64,000 nucleotides of DNA from Eledone cirrhosa (GCA_964016885.1 OZ024754.1:45198001-45262000), one strand, 5' to 3'. Shown: positions 25,183 through 38,929, numbered from the stretch's first letter. Numbers and translations: made by a program. The notes: a model not told the origin generated them from the sequence alone.

Positions 25183-26802
25183 AACGCTTTTTGTCCTATT
25201 GGAACAAAAAAATTAACTCACTTTCTCTAGAAAAAGATATACCAGCGCAATTGTGATATTATTTAGAGTGAATACTTATATAAAACTTGTATCATTTATA
25301 AAGGCAGATTTAACCCTCATCAAGTATCGTTATAAAATATAAGGTTTGGTATCATGCATTATTTATGAGATTATTATATTCATCTTTAGAATGACAACTA
25401 TTTTGCTTTTATCTTCACACGCTTCGATTGGATTATTCGTTGCCTGTCATTAGAATTATATACGGTTGTATGAATATTTAAATACTTCTTTGAATCGGTG
25501 AATGTTTATTTCTATTTTGAGATTAGCTTCTATTCACTAGACTAATGCTAGATTCACTCTTACAGAAAGTTTGTTCGTTTCCTTTGGATTGCTTCTAATT
25601 CTGTTTTACTATATTAATTTGTATTTGATAAATATTAGAAAAAGTCTTAATATGCTCAAGTAAAATAAAATGTTTTCTGGGAGAAGGAAAGCAATCAAAA
25701 ATTTACTAACGAAACATTATATATCAGAGGAAACATTATATATCAAATGGTTTAGATGTCATCAATACTTCGAATTGAAAAATCAAGAAATCATCTGCTT
25801 CGCCTGTTTCAAATACTGAAAATTCAATACGTCGAGAATTGGTGTCGTGGGAAACCTATTCTAAATATATAAATTGAATCTCAATGATAGTCAAATGAGA
25901 ATATCTTACATCTTCGCTAACTCCAGCAATACAGGATTCCATAGGGATAACTATCCTTATAAAACACACTGGATATAGAGAATCATTTACCTCAATTAAT
26001 GATTAAAAAATAAAATAAACGAAATTATGCTTTCGAGAAAGTACCTCGAAGTATTTTGTGTAAAACATCTTATATGAGGGAGGAAAATAAGCTGGTCTCT
26101 GGAGGAAGATGCGGTGTTACCTGGAAACAATTTTAGTTATATGTACTATATATATATGTATCTATATATATATGTATCTATATATATATGTATCTATATA
26201 TATATGTATCTATATATATATATGTATCTATATATATATATGTATCTATCTATATATATATGTATCTATCTATATATATATGTATCTATATATATATGTA
26301 TCTATATATATATGTATCTATATATATATATGTACAGTTCCACCAGGTTCAAAATTATTAATAACTCGATGGTTTGTTGCTTAGGCTGGTTTGACTGAAA
26401 CCCTCGTCTCTACAGTCTCTTGGAAACTCTCTTCTATGCTGTTAATACTTCCAGTAGCATTTTAGGATGAATTTACTTTGTTTGTAGCTACTCTGTTGCT
26501 ATAGAATTTTTGTATACTCGTATCTGACTTTCTTCATTACTAAGGGATTCAGCAAGAAGATATATATATATCGTTTGATAATGCATAAATATGCTGAAAC
26601 CGGTAATAGACAATTATTAAATATATAAATAGATAAATAAATGCCATTGTTAAATAATAAACAAATCAACTAATACCTTAACACATCACACAAAGTAAAA
26701 CATTTCGTTTTAAACCATTTTCTAACCCAGAAAAAAAAGAGAAAGAAACAAAAAAGGAAAAAAATATATTTTTCTTCCTAATAATCGTCTCTTTCTCCCT
26801 GT

Positions 26803-26840
<38 letters not shown>

Positions 26841-27252
26841 TACATATATATTTATTACATATGCACATAAATGTATATATACATTTAAATATATATATAT
26901 ATAATGTACATAGTGACAGTGTAATAGAGGCTGAGAACGAGGAGTGGGGTGAATGAGAAAGATAAAGATTTGCATTAACTGGAGTGATATTAGATTAATC
27001 CATCAAACATGAATGATTAATTGTAATGCATTAGGATCGCGGATTTTAACGGCTCCATTTATCAAATATTTCAAAATCCAAAATAGGAAAACTTTAATGC
27101 TAGATCCTGCAACATTAAGACGATGATGATGTGATGATGATTAATAGGAATAGAAAATAGTGCAGTTCATTGCTTAATATAAATGTCAGGGAGAGGATGG
27201 TTATAAATAAATATATACTAACATAGAGATACACAGGCAGGCATATACAGAG

Positions 27253-27294
<42 letters not shown>

Positions 27295-27501
27295 GTAATG
27301 TATATATATATATACCAATACGTAATAATCCTTCGCTCTCTCGGTCGATATATATATATATATGTTTGTGTGTCTGTGTGTGTGTGTGTGTGTGCGTGTG
27401 TGTATGCTTGTTTGTGTACGATATTTTCAAGATGATCAGAAATTTTAATTCAGACTGTCATACAGAAAAGAGAACCTCACTCTGCTCCACACACACACAC
27501 A

Positions 27502-27504
<3 letters not shown>

Positions 27505-27599
<95 letters not shown>
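27505..27599. repeat. (CT)n microsatellite
   Basis: Direct reading. Confidence 0.95.
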
Positions 27600-27600
<1 letters not shown>

Positions 27601-27909
27601 GTGAATATATATATAGTGAGTTAGAAACTCAGAGTAGTCTCTCACAATTATATATATATACAATTAATATTTTTATGTTACATATGAAAATATAGAATAA
27701 CAGATAATAGTAAGTATTGTACAAGTTGTATCCGATTAACGATACAGGGATACAAGTTGCCCAAAACACGTTTTACTTAAACAACCAGATATACATAACT
27801 TACATATAGCTGCGACTGTGTCTGTTTCTGGCAGTTTACGTGTGTACTAGTATGAATATTGCATCTCTCTCCCTCTCCTCTCTCTCTCCCTTTCCCTCTC
27901 TCTCTCTCT

Positions 27910-27981
<72 letters not shown>

Positions 27982-28694
27982 CATATATATATATACTGTA
28001 TATGTATATGCAATATTCATACTAATACATACGTACACTGCCATATATATATATATAGGAAATTATGATACACATGCATGCATATAGACAATCGACTTAC
28101 CTATAAACTGTTAGACCTAAACTTTTGCTACGGTTGACTTCCAACTGCTAAGAACAGAAAATAATTAGTTTATTTTTGATGAATAGATTGTTCATTCATC
28201 TTAAGGCAAACGGTTCCTTTACAATTCAATTTTATAACATAAGAAAAAACCCTTTGTTGTATTTACTGCAACTTCCATTGATTTTATATAGATATTCGGT
28301 GAAATATTGCAGAAAAATAAAATTGCTATCTACGTTGCCTTTGGTTTAATATATAGCTACACATGTTTAAAAGATAATATGTGTATATATATGCATTTAT
28401 ATATGTATATGTATGTGTGGGTATATATATATCGACTCATAAACATTTGTATAAATCGATAGAAGCTTAAAGATATATCAGTGTAACGACACATTTGAAT
28501 GCATCTGTCTCTCTATCTACTTTTTTCTCTCCATCTCATTCTCTCTCTCTCTCTCTCGCTCTCTTTATATGTATATATATATGTATATATATGGAGAGAG
28601 AAAGTGTAACGTAGTTACTATAGGTTCACCCGAGTGAACACTCGATGCGCAGTTTCCAGTCTGCAAGAGGTTAGAACAAAGCAGAGTGTAAAGA

Positions 28695-28887
28695 TAATAA
28701 TTGTTTCTACTTTAGGCACAAGGCCACAAATAACCCAGTGCATTACTGGTACTTTATTTTATCGACCCCGTAAGGATGAAAGACAAAGTTAATCCCTCGG
28801 CGGGATTTGAACTCAGAATGGCAAGGGCCGTAACTCTATGCGTCAAAGCATGGCGTCCCACCTTCTACCGATACTGCCAATCCACCG
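28695..28887 (-). mobile_element. tRNA-derived SINE with target-site duplication
   Basis: Reverse complement of the consensus; AGATAATAAT at 28692-28701 and 28888-28897. Confidence 0.93.
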
Positions 28888-29043
28888 AGATAATAATAAA
28901 AGAACGATTTGTCATGTTGTCTTCATTACCTTTATTTAGTAGTGAGGCGCGTTTCGATATTGATCAGCTTAAGGTTCGATCTGTATCGATCTAGCCCGAC
29001 TCTGCAATCTAAAGCTCACGAACCTCTGCTGTGGTAATGAGAG

Positions 29044-29085
<42 letters not shown>

Positions 29086-29154
29086 TATGAAGAGAGAAGA
29101 AACATTTAGATATAATTAGTAATAAAATGTATCATACCTAAACTGTTCCTAAAT

Positions 29155-29242
29155 TCCTCGACTACGTAGTTTCGTGGCATAAACAAAAACAATATATCAA
29201 AGATATAGAGTCCTTGCGAGGTCTGCCGACTTATCAAGAGGA
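29155..29242 (-). ncRNA. Type I hammerhead ribozyme motif, U3-A8 core variant (PLE pseudo-LTR)
   Basis: Minus strand: UCCUC-UUGAUAA-GUCGGCA...UGCCAC-GAAA-CUACGUAG-UC/GAGGA; helix I UCCUC/GAGGA; palindromic helix III ACUACGUAGU. Confidence 0.7.
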
Positions 29243-29342
29243 TACCTCATTTTACTAGTCTCAAGAACGCGTCTACACGACGTGAGAAAGAATCCCAAAA
29301 GGCGGAGGGGGAGATAGTCACGCGATATAACGGTCGAGAAAC

Positions 29343-29376
<34 letters not shown>

Positions 29377-29379
<3 letters not shown>

Positions 29380-29514
29380 TAAACAATCGGGAACTGGGCT
29401 CTGCCTTTGCTGTTTAAGCAGCTAGTTCCAGTCTAATATAACTATACTCTATTACCCCAGGTATCTAGTACTCCTTTGAGTAATGGTCTAAGTAGTTTCA
29501 AACTGAACACATCC

Positions 29515-29518
<4 letters not shown>
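29377..29518 (+). mobile_element. Diverged relative of the fold-back/pseudo-LTR family between (TA)n tracts
   Basis: ACTCTATTACCCCAGGTATCTAGTACTCC...ATGGTC aligns with the tail at 21729-21771; short hairpin GGAACTGG...CTAGTTCC. Confidence 0.5.
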
Positions 29519-29548
<30 letters not shown>

Positions 29549-29779
29549 TTTATCCCGATTCCATCGGAGGTAACCACAGTAAGTAAGGTACTCGATACAA
29601 AGCAGAGTATCATCAGGAAGCTACTGATGATTTCTCCCGAATAAAACAGTTCTAGTCCTGTAAAAGCTTTTCTATATTAAATATATATATATATATATTT
29701 AAGTAAAAAGAAATTCACACACACACACACAACACACAACAGACACAAACACACAAGCACACAAATAAACATACATATC

Positions 29780-30449
29780 TTTACTTTCTTTATTCAATAG
29801 AAAATCTGAATTCTTACACCCTCAGCGAACTAACCATATTCACTGAACCAGAACAATTCTCCCATCCAATTTCTCTTGACCATTATCTTTTACTTGTCAT
29901 AAAATCCTCTAAAATGGCTACAGAATAGATTTCCAAATAAGGGCGCGAAAATTTAATGAAAACTTGTTCACGTGACAGCCATAATTTCATTTATAACCAA
30001 TCAAATTACGTTTATTAAAAAAAAAAGCCTTCGTGGGCCCCCTTTTTTTAAGTAAAAAGAAATTCAAACACTCATATATGAAAAAACAACCTGTGACCCC
30101 CCCCCCCTTGTTTGAAGAACTTTGTAACGCGAACTGGCGCGAAACTTATTATAATTATTGACGAACCAATCAAATTACTTCTCGAAAAACCTGGCATTTC
30201 GAGCCACTTTTTCCATATAAAACAAGTAACATTCAGAGACCAACCAGATGTGAGAAAAACCACAGACCCTCCATCTCAACTCTACCTTTGAAAAGCAGAA
30301 GAACTGCGAAACCGGTAAAGGAACCAAATAAATATATATATTTTTTTAAAAGTAAGACTCCAGTTGCATTTTCGTTTTCATCTCTTTTTCTTTATACTTT
30401 CACTCGTGTAGGACACCTCGGTTAGTTTTCATTTTGTAAAAAACCTCAC

Positions 30450-30453
<4 letters not shown>
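29780..30453 (+). mobile_element. Penelope-like element 3' end and pseudo-LTR
   Basis: TTATTCAATAGAAAATCTGAATTCTTA = LFNRKSEFL, resembling the PLE ORF end LLNKRSEL; downstream hammerhead motif and AATAAA; ends in (TA)n. Confidence 0.55.
30285..30321 (+). ncRNA. Minimal type I hammerhead motif (UUGAAAA core)
   Basis: CCU-UUGAAAA-GCAG aagaa CUGC-GAAA-CCGG-UA/AAGG; GAAACCGGU is the typical palindromic PLE helix III; helix I has a 1-nt register defect. Confidence 0.6.
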
Positions 30454-30493
<40 letters not shown>

Positions 30494-30964
30494 GTGTATA
30501 TATGTATTAGTGTCTAGAAATGTCACATAATTCAACATTATAGTCACGTTCTTAGGGCTCCATCATAAAGAATAATGTACCGCATACATTTCTTTCTGTG
30601 AAACTATCTCCTTGTAATTCACGATACATTACTTATTTGTAATAGATAGTCGTGAATTAATGTTGTTCTTTTTATTAGTAAATATTTTCCCTGTTTTCAT
30701 TTATCTATTCGGTTTTGTATCAATAGAATTTAAAGAACAAAATAGTCATGTTCTATATAGCTTTTTTGTCTTACCCGAAACTTTAATATTTTGTTTCAAA
30801 AATTACTCTCCCTTACTGTCTTCTCTGTCAGACAAAGGAACATGTCTAGACTATTGTTTTATGCTGCTTAGGAAGCATTGTATTCAGGTTTGCTATTCAT
30901 GATTACTTGCATGTTATTGAAACGGCCGTTGAAGAGCCCAGCCGTCGGGGTCCCGATATTTAGA

Positions 30965-31042
<78 letters not shown>

Positions 31043-32753
31043 ACACACACATACACACACACACATATATATATATATATTCCAAATACAGAGCATAATA
31101 CTGTATTTATCGTCGACATAAAGCAATAGTGCATTCATTACATTTTGAATCAGAAACTTTGTTTTCATGAACAAAGACACTGTACTATGTCGAGCACGTC
31201 GTGACAAGATATAGCGTGGTTATCTATCTAAACTAAATCCGAAATAATATATATAGATATATTTATACACTTTTATAGTTACATGCTTATACTTATATGC
31301 CAATAAAAACATAATATAATTACATACGACACACATACACCCACTTATATATATATATATATATATACATACTTATGAATATATGCCGATAAACAAATGT
31401 TCTGACATACGGCACACACACTTACACATTTATATACATATATATGAGTGTGTGTGTGTGTGAGTTTGAGTGTGTGTGTGTTTGCTTATACATGTCTCAT
31501 ACAGCAAAATCTTCATGGCGTCAATATATGTTTCTTTCATTTGTTTGGAAAATCGCAACTTCTATCTTTCATTGATAACACACGTATCAAGTGGAAAAAA
31601 CAAACTAAAGAAAAACAACACTTATGTTAGATTCCGGGCTCTATATAAATGATTGGTTGTTCTGAAATCTCATGCTGGATCATGTCAGGGCAGGCGTATT
31701 CCTTGTTACTAATGTCATTTAGCTTGAGTAAGGTTTACGTTGGAAAGCCGAATATACTTTCACCTCCATAATACTTCCTACACATTGTTTTCGAAATATA
31801 CGCATTCACTCGCACACAGTTTCCTGAGCAATTCAGGTGCCTCTACGCGTTTCACCGGTCCTCTTTTCAATAGTTGCTAAGACTCCCTCAAATCATATGT
31901 TACAGTCTCGTCAAGGTAAATTTTCCCAGTTAATATACTAAAATAATTTAACAACTTGGAAGATATCTTGGCGGTTGGATCTCTGTGTTTGAAGAACGCA
32001 AACCCTACTGAATGAATTCCCGACAGTGTGTAATAGGGATACCTGCTAGAAATAGCAGTTATATCTTCCATAAAGTCTACTATAGCTAGTTTCCATTTGA
32101 ATGAAGAGACATTGATAAAGTAGTCTGAAATCCACCTGAAAGTTTAGAATGAAACAACTGTCGTTATTGGTACATATGTGATCATATGTTGGTATCAATA
32201 ATACACTACAAGCTTCAAAGAAGAGGGATGCATTTCTTGATGGAATCAACAATAATTGCCGCTGTGTTACACGTATAATCTTACCTGGAGGAATATTGTA
32301 ATATTAAAGGTGATTATTCCAACATTGTCTCTGTGGACAGTTCAAGAAGGTGAATACTTACGTAAGGTTAAAACTATTATGAAAAGTTCTACTTGTTTCA
32401 TCTAAAGAATATATTATATATGAAATCAAAAAATTTCCAATACAATATAATATACAACATTAACCACACTTTATCGATAACTTGAATATATTCGTTTTAT
32501 AATAGGTAATACGATTGAAACAATACAATATTAACGCATCTATGCGTTATAATGCTTATATTCGTCTATTTTATTTATTTAAGTTCTTAGTAGTGGTGTG
32601 TTTATGATCAATGTCTCTGTGGGAAGATCAGAAGGATAAACATTGGTTAATTAGAAGATAATCCAAGACAATGTTATTATTGATCTGGACTCTACATCTT
32701 TTTATGTCCATGAAAACATTGCACACAACAACAAGGTGTGTACGCATTGTCAA

Positions 32754-32857
<104 letters not shown>

Positions 32858-32882
32858 GTGTGTGTGAAGCAACTCTCCTCCC

Positions 32883-32951
<69 letters not shown>

Positions 32952-33036
32952 TAATATATATATATGGGAGGAAGGTTGCTTCAGAGACGAACTTTTTAGA
33001 TGCGATTCCCATGGACATTCGTCAACGGTAGGAGGC

Positions 33037-33070
<34 letters not shown>

Positions 33071-33410
33071 GTGTGTGTGTGTGTGTGTGTGTGTACGTGT
33101 ATGTCTGTGAGTGTGTCTAAGTGAATGTGTGTGTCCTCTGAAACATTATCATTGGAACAAAAGAATGTGTTCACGTATTAACACCAGTAGTATTATTTAT
33201 CATTCCTAACAAGTTTCTACTGCAAATTTAATTGTCCTCTAGTTGTTTATCATAAATAATGCCGCACCTATATATAAAGCCGCACACATATATATATATA
33301 TATATACATATATATAAGCAAAAGGGATATTCAATTTATTGGTAATTCAACAAATATAAATGTTTCCAGGAAAAACTTGAACCGTTAAGGTATTTTTTCT
33401 GGTTATGCCA

Positions 33411-33511
33411 ATATTTATAAAACAAACTTTATATTTTATCTGATGAGAGCGTACCAAAGTTTTGGTACCCTTGAAATTTATATAATAGAATAAATATGGT
33501 TTTATAAATAT
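33411..33511 (+). ncRNA. Type I hammerhead ribozyme with intact catalytic core
   Basis: CUGAUGA at 33440-33446; helix II GAGCGUACCAAA/UUUGGUACCCUU; GAAA at 33473-33476; AUA cleavage triplet ending at 33484; helix I UAUUUUAU/AUAGAAUA extended by a perfect 13-bp pair 33411-33423/33499-33511. Confidence 0.75.
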
Positions 33512-33566
33512 AATTTCCACTTATTTAATATCATTGTATATATATATATATATGTATGTATGTATG

Positions 33567-33600
<34 letters not shown>

Positions 33601-34936
33601 TGTATGTATGTATGGGTATGCTCTTTTTCCTACGGCCTTTGTATATTTGTACATAAATATGTATTTGTGTTTACACCTATGTTGATTTTCTGAAATTGCT
33701 GTCATTGTGCCAGTATTATAAATAAATAATGGAGAGAGATTTGACTGATATATCCACCAGGTTATTTAACCACACAGAGGCCGCTACATTTAAACAATTT
33801 TCCGTGATATATTATGTGTAACTTCCTATTGTACTGAATAACGAGTGCAAATCTATAAAAATATTCGGAAGATGTTCAATTTTCAAAGAAATAATAAAGT
33901 TTCACCATACCTCAATATAGTGTGAAACACTGGTGAAATGCTAGAGGCAGTGACGGTATGTGATTTAATTTTTAGAAGCTCATACAATATGAAGCAACAA
34001 CATATTATATGAGGCATTAATATAAATTAATAAACTACATGAATCAGCATTTTGTTGGAACTGTGAACATCTAACGATAATACTTCTGTCTGAAGTCTTT
34101 GGAACTGGTGGAGTAATAATTAATTTTTAGTTTGCGGTAATGAAGATTATTGATAATATATGAAATTTAATAAAGTAATAAAGCATAAGTTTCAATGTAT
34201 TTTCTCCGTTGAAACAACGTTATTATATCTCGATGAAGTGAAAGAATATCAATCCGTCGTAGACGTAACTATCTGTCTTCTGTGACGAAAGCAAAACATT
34301 ATATAAAGGAATAAAAGAAAATATTGTGTTGTCCTTGGTGCTAAGAGGCAGCCTCTTGGTGGCCGTTCAACCGGTTCGACATAGCGATAATTATTGCTCA
34401 TATCGCAGTAGAGTCTAATAAAATTTATAATTATATTTAGAATAGCGTAAACGATAAAGACATTGCTTCTGAAATAAATAAGTAAGCAAATAAATAAATT
34501 AATTAAATAGATAAATAAATAACCAACTACATAAAAAGATAGGTAAAATAATGTATAAATTGATACGGTTAGGGTGGACACGGGCTGTGGTAGAGTTCAA
34601 TTGCTTAGAATTCCACACTCAGGATTTGAACCCATTTCGAGTCCAAAGCTAAATATTTAACCATACATCTCCGTCTTGAACAATACAGCTAAACAACTAA
34701 AATTCCAGAATCATGATTTGTAAACAAAATCTAATTTTCAAACAATGGACCGCATATTGTAAGTATGGTCCCGTAACTCTTAATAGAGTGGCAGGGGCGC
34801 TGTATTGTCATAAGGAGTTTCTTGGGCATTTTAAGCCTGATGGAGCCCTTCCCTCCCCAGGCCTGAGTACAGAAAATTTCTTGCAGAGAGAGACAGTAAG
34901 TGAGAAAGATGAAATGAGAAAGAGATAAAGAGGAAG

Positions 34937-35124
34937 AATCGACCCCAGTACTAGACTGGTACTTTTTATTATCCGCCTCGAAAGGATGAAAGGCAAAGTT
35001 GACCTCGGTGGGATTTGAACTCAGAGAGTAGAGAGCCGGAACGAATACCATGAAGCATTCTATCTGACGTTCTAACGACTGCCATTCTATCTGACGTTCT
35101 AACGACTCTGACAATTCGCCGCCT
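34937..35124 (-). mobile_element. tRNA-derived SINE, older subfamily, with internal tandem duplication
   Basis: Same central domain; retains AATCGACCCCAG; CATTCTATCTGACGTTCTAACGACT is duplicated. Confidence 0.85.
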
Positions 35125-35299
35125 TAGGACGTCGTATTAGAACCTGATAAATGTTTCTGGAAGAATATTATTTTGGAGAAGAATGAGATCATTGTATTAT
35201 TGCCTTTAGAAGAATATATTAAGTTTCTTAGATCTATTAAGGAAACTGATTATAACAGTCAAAATATGGGAGATCGGTTGGAGTTTTAAGAGTCTAGAG

Positions 35300-35589
35300 C
35301 AGTCATAGGCAACCTGCGGCCCGCGAATCTTTCTGAATGTCTCGTCTAAGTCACCAAAATGAAATCTTTCTGATTTTTTTTATCCGAACTTTTCAGTCGT
35401 AATTTATCTTTCTATCATTTTTACGATCGAGGAAAACAACGTGTACGATTTTGAAGAAACAAATCAAAACAACCTGAGTTACCGTCCCTTTTTTAATGTG
35501 GGCACGAATGTAAATTAGCACTTGCAGCCCGCCTGATTATGACCCATATCTCATGCGGCCCGATTCTCGAAAAAGGTTGCCCATATCTA
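35300..35589. mobile_element. hAT (Charlie-type) MITE, 290 bp
   Basis: Imperfect TIRs CAGTCATAGGCAACCT / AGGTTGCCCATATCTA; subterminal TGCGGCCCG at both ends; perfect 8-bp TSD GTCTAGAG (35292-35299, 35590-35597). Confidence 0.9.
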
Positions 35590-36452
35590 GTCTAGAGGAT
35601 ATAAGGAAGTATAAGTAGAAGGTCATAAAGAGAAGAAGTGTTTCTGGTGGGTCGGGACAAAACATGAGGAATTGTTAGGACGTCATGAAATTTGAAATAC
35701 ATTGAGGGATAAAAGAATAAAGAGATAATAGATCATGTGAATGTCGCCATTTGTAAAGTTGAATCACATAAAACTAGCACCATATTACCTTTAGTAATGG
35801 CTTGAAACTCGATACATAGAAAATATTATTGTCAACGATAATAATGATTTTATACTACGCTACACGTAAGTGCAATTTCTACCAATGTATTAATAAAAGT
35901 TACAATAAAGATAACGGCTACACCTGTTGCAATGAGATTTATTTACACTTATAATTATTGCAATTTACCATTAACAAAGTATTTATTACAAGATTACTTG
36001 CTATAACGCTATCAAAATCATCTGAGATTTGGTGTCCGTTTCGACTGCAAATTAACCTAATTAATGATACACTGAAACAAGCTCAGACATTTTGATCTAA
36101 TCACTAATATTGTTTCAATTATCCAAGTCAACGCAACATATGTTTCATATTTGATTTATCCTATCTCTATCTGATAACCGCTGAAACATCAACCATAAGT
36201 TGCTGATTGCATATAGGTGTGTGTTTATATATGGGAGTGTGAGATATGGTAAATATTTGCATTTATACATATGTGTTTATATATGTATATCATATGTATA
36301 TACATTAAACATATATGTAAAAAGATATATCTAGGTATATATATATATGCATATATATATGTATGTATATATGCTTCGTTTTTTAATTTGTTTTGCAAGA
36401 TTTCTTATCTGATAACGTGTGTTGAAACAGATATTGTTGAAATTGGGAGGGT

Positions 36453-37575
<1,123 letters not shown>

Positions 37576-38240
37576 TGTGTTGTGTGTAGAGGAACAGAGA
37601 GGGGGGAGGGACGCAAAAGGTTCTTCTTCGTCGTAATCGTAGTAGTAACAGTAGTGGTGGTTGCATTAGTAGTGGTAGTGGTAGTAGTAGAATCAACAGC
37701 AACACTAGTAATATAATTTATTGTCTCATTACCAAGAGCCTCTACACTGCACAACTGCGACTGCATTGATTTTAAAACAGAGGTGTATGTGAATATATAT
37801 GTGTATATATGTATATATGTAATCATATATCGATGGTTGCATAACTCCTCTTTCTTTTTATTCTCTCCCTTAGTTTCTCCCCCCCTCTCTCCTTCACATA
37901 TATACTCTCTCCCCTTAAAATATATAGACCTCTTTCCCCTCTCTCGTTCTGTATTAGAGATACATAGATAAAGAGAGATAGAAAGAGAGAGTTAGGTAGG
38001 CAGATAGATATAATATATATATAGATAGATATAATATATAGATTAGGTAGGGATAGATAGATAGATATAATAGATAGATAGATAGATAGGTAGATGTAGA
38101 TATGTACTTCTACGTATATATCAATAAGGTTGGTATGGGACTTTTCCATTACATCAAAAAAGTGTAAGTGCATAGATACATTTCATTTATTTCCCTCAGA
38201 TATTTCCTTCTATTTTTTTTTATATACATTCATACATACA

Positions 38241-38291
<51 letters not shown>

Positions 38292-38929
38292 GTACATATG
38301 CCTGTCTCTGAGGGAGTTCGTTTATATATATATTTATATATATATATATATATTCCTTATCTATATATATATATATATTCCTTATCTATGTTACCATGTA
38401 CAAACGTCCTTGTAACTGTCGTTTGTAATGTCTCATAGATTTTCAATTGCATATCTCTCGTTGCCTTCATAACAGCACATACTTGTTTTGGCTTTTGTTG
38501 TTGTTGTTGTTGCTCTTCTTCTTCGTCTTCTTCTTCTTCTTCTTCTTCTTCTTCTTCGTCTTCTTTGTCGTGCTATCTATGATGAAGAGGCAGGTGTATA
38601 TATCGTTGTATGAAATTTCAGAGAAACATTGATGGAACCACAGGAACCATTAATGGTAAGTAAAGAAGCAGCAATACAAACAACAACGACCTCGACAACC
38701 ATCACCATTATTATTATTATTAGTAGTAGTAGTAGTAGTCGTCGTCGTAGTAGTAGTAGTAATATCGAGTGACATATGCCACACAAACCCATTTTGTCAC
38801 TTCTGCTACATCTTGTCACTCAGGTCTACGCTGTGATTTCATTTTATATTCAATGAAATATTAGGCATGAGTGGATGTGAAATACTTTACAATATATTAA
38901 CAACAACAACAAAACATATGTGGAATGAT

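Noticed and set aside
31842-31918. GAAACGCGUA/GAGGC (minus) and similar half-motifs at about 10345, 34372, 43500, 44815, 44888 and 48873
   Set aside because: Probable decayed PLE hammerhead 3' halves, but the core or helices are missing, so they are not called as ribozymes
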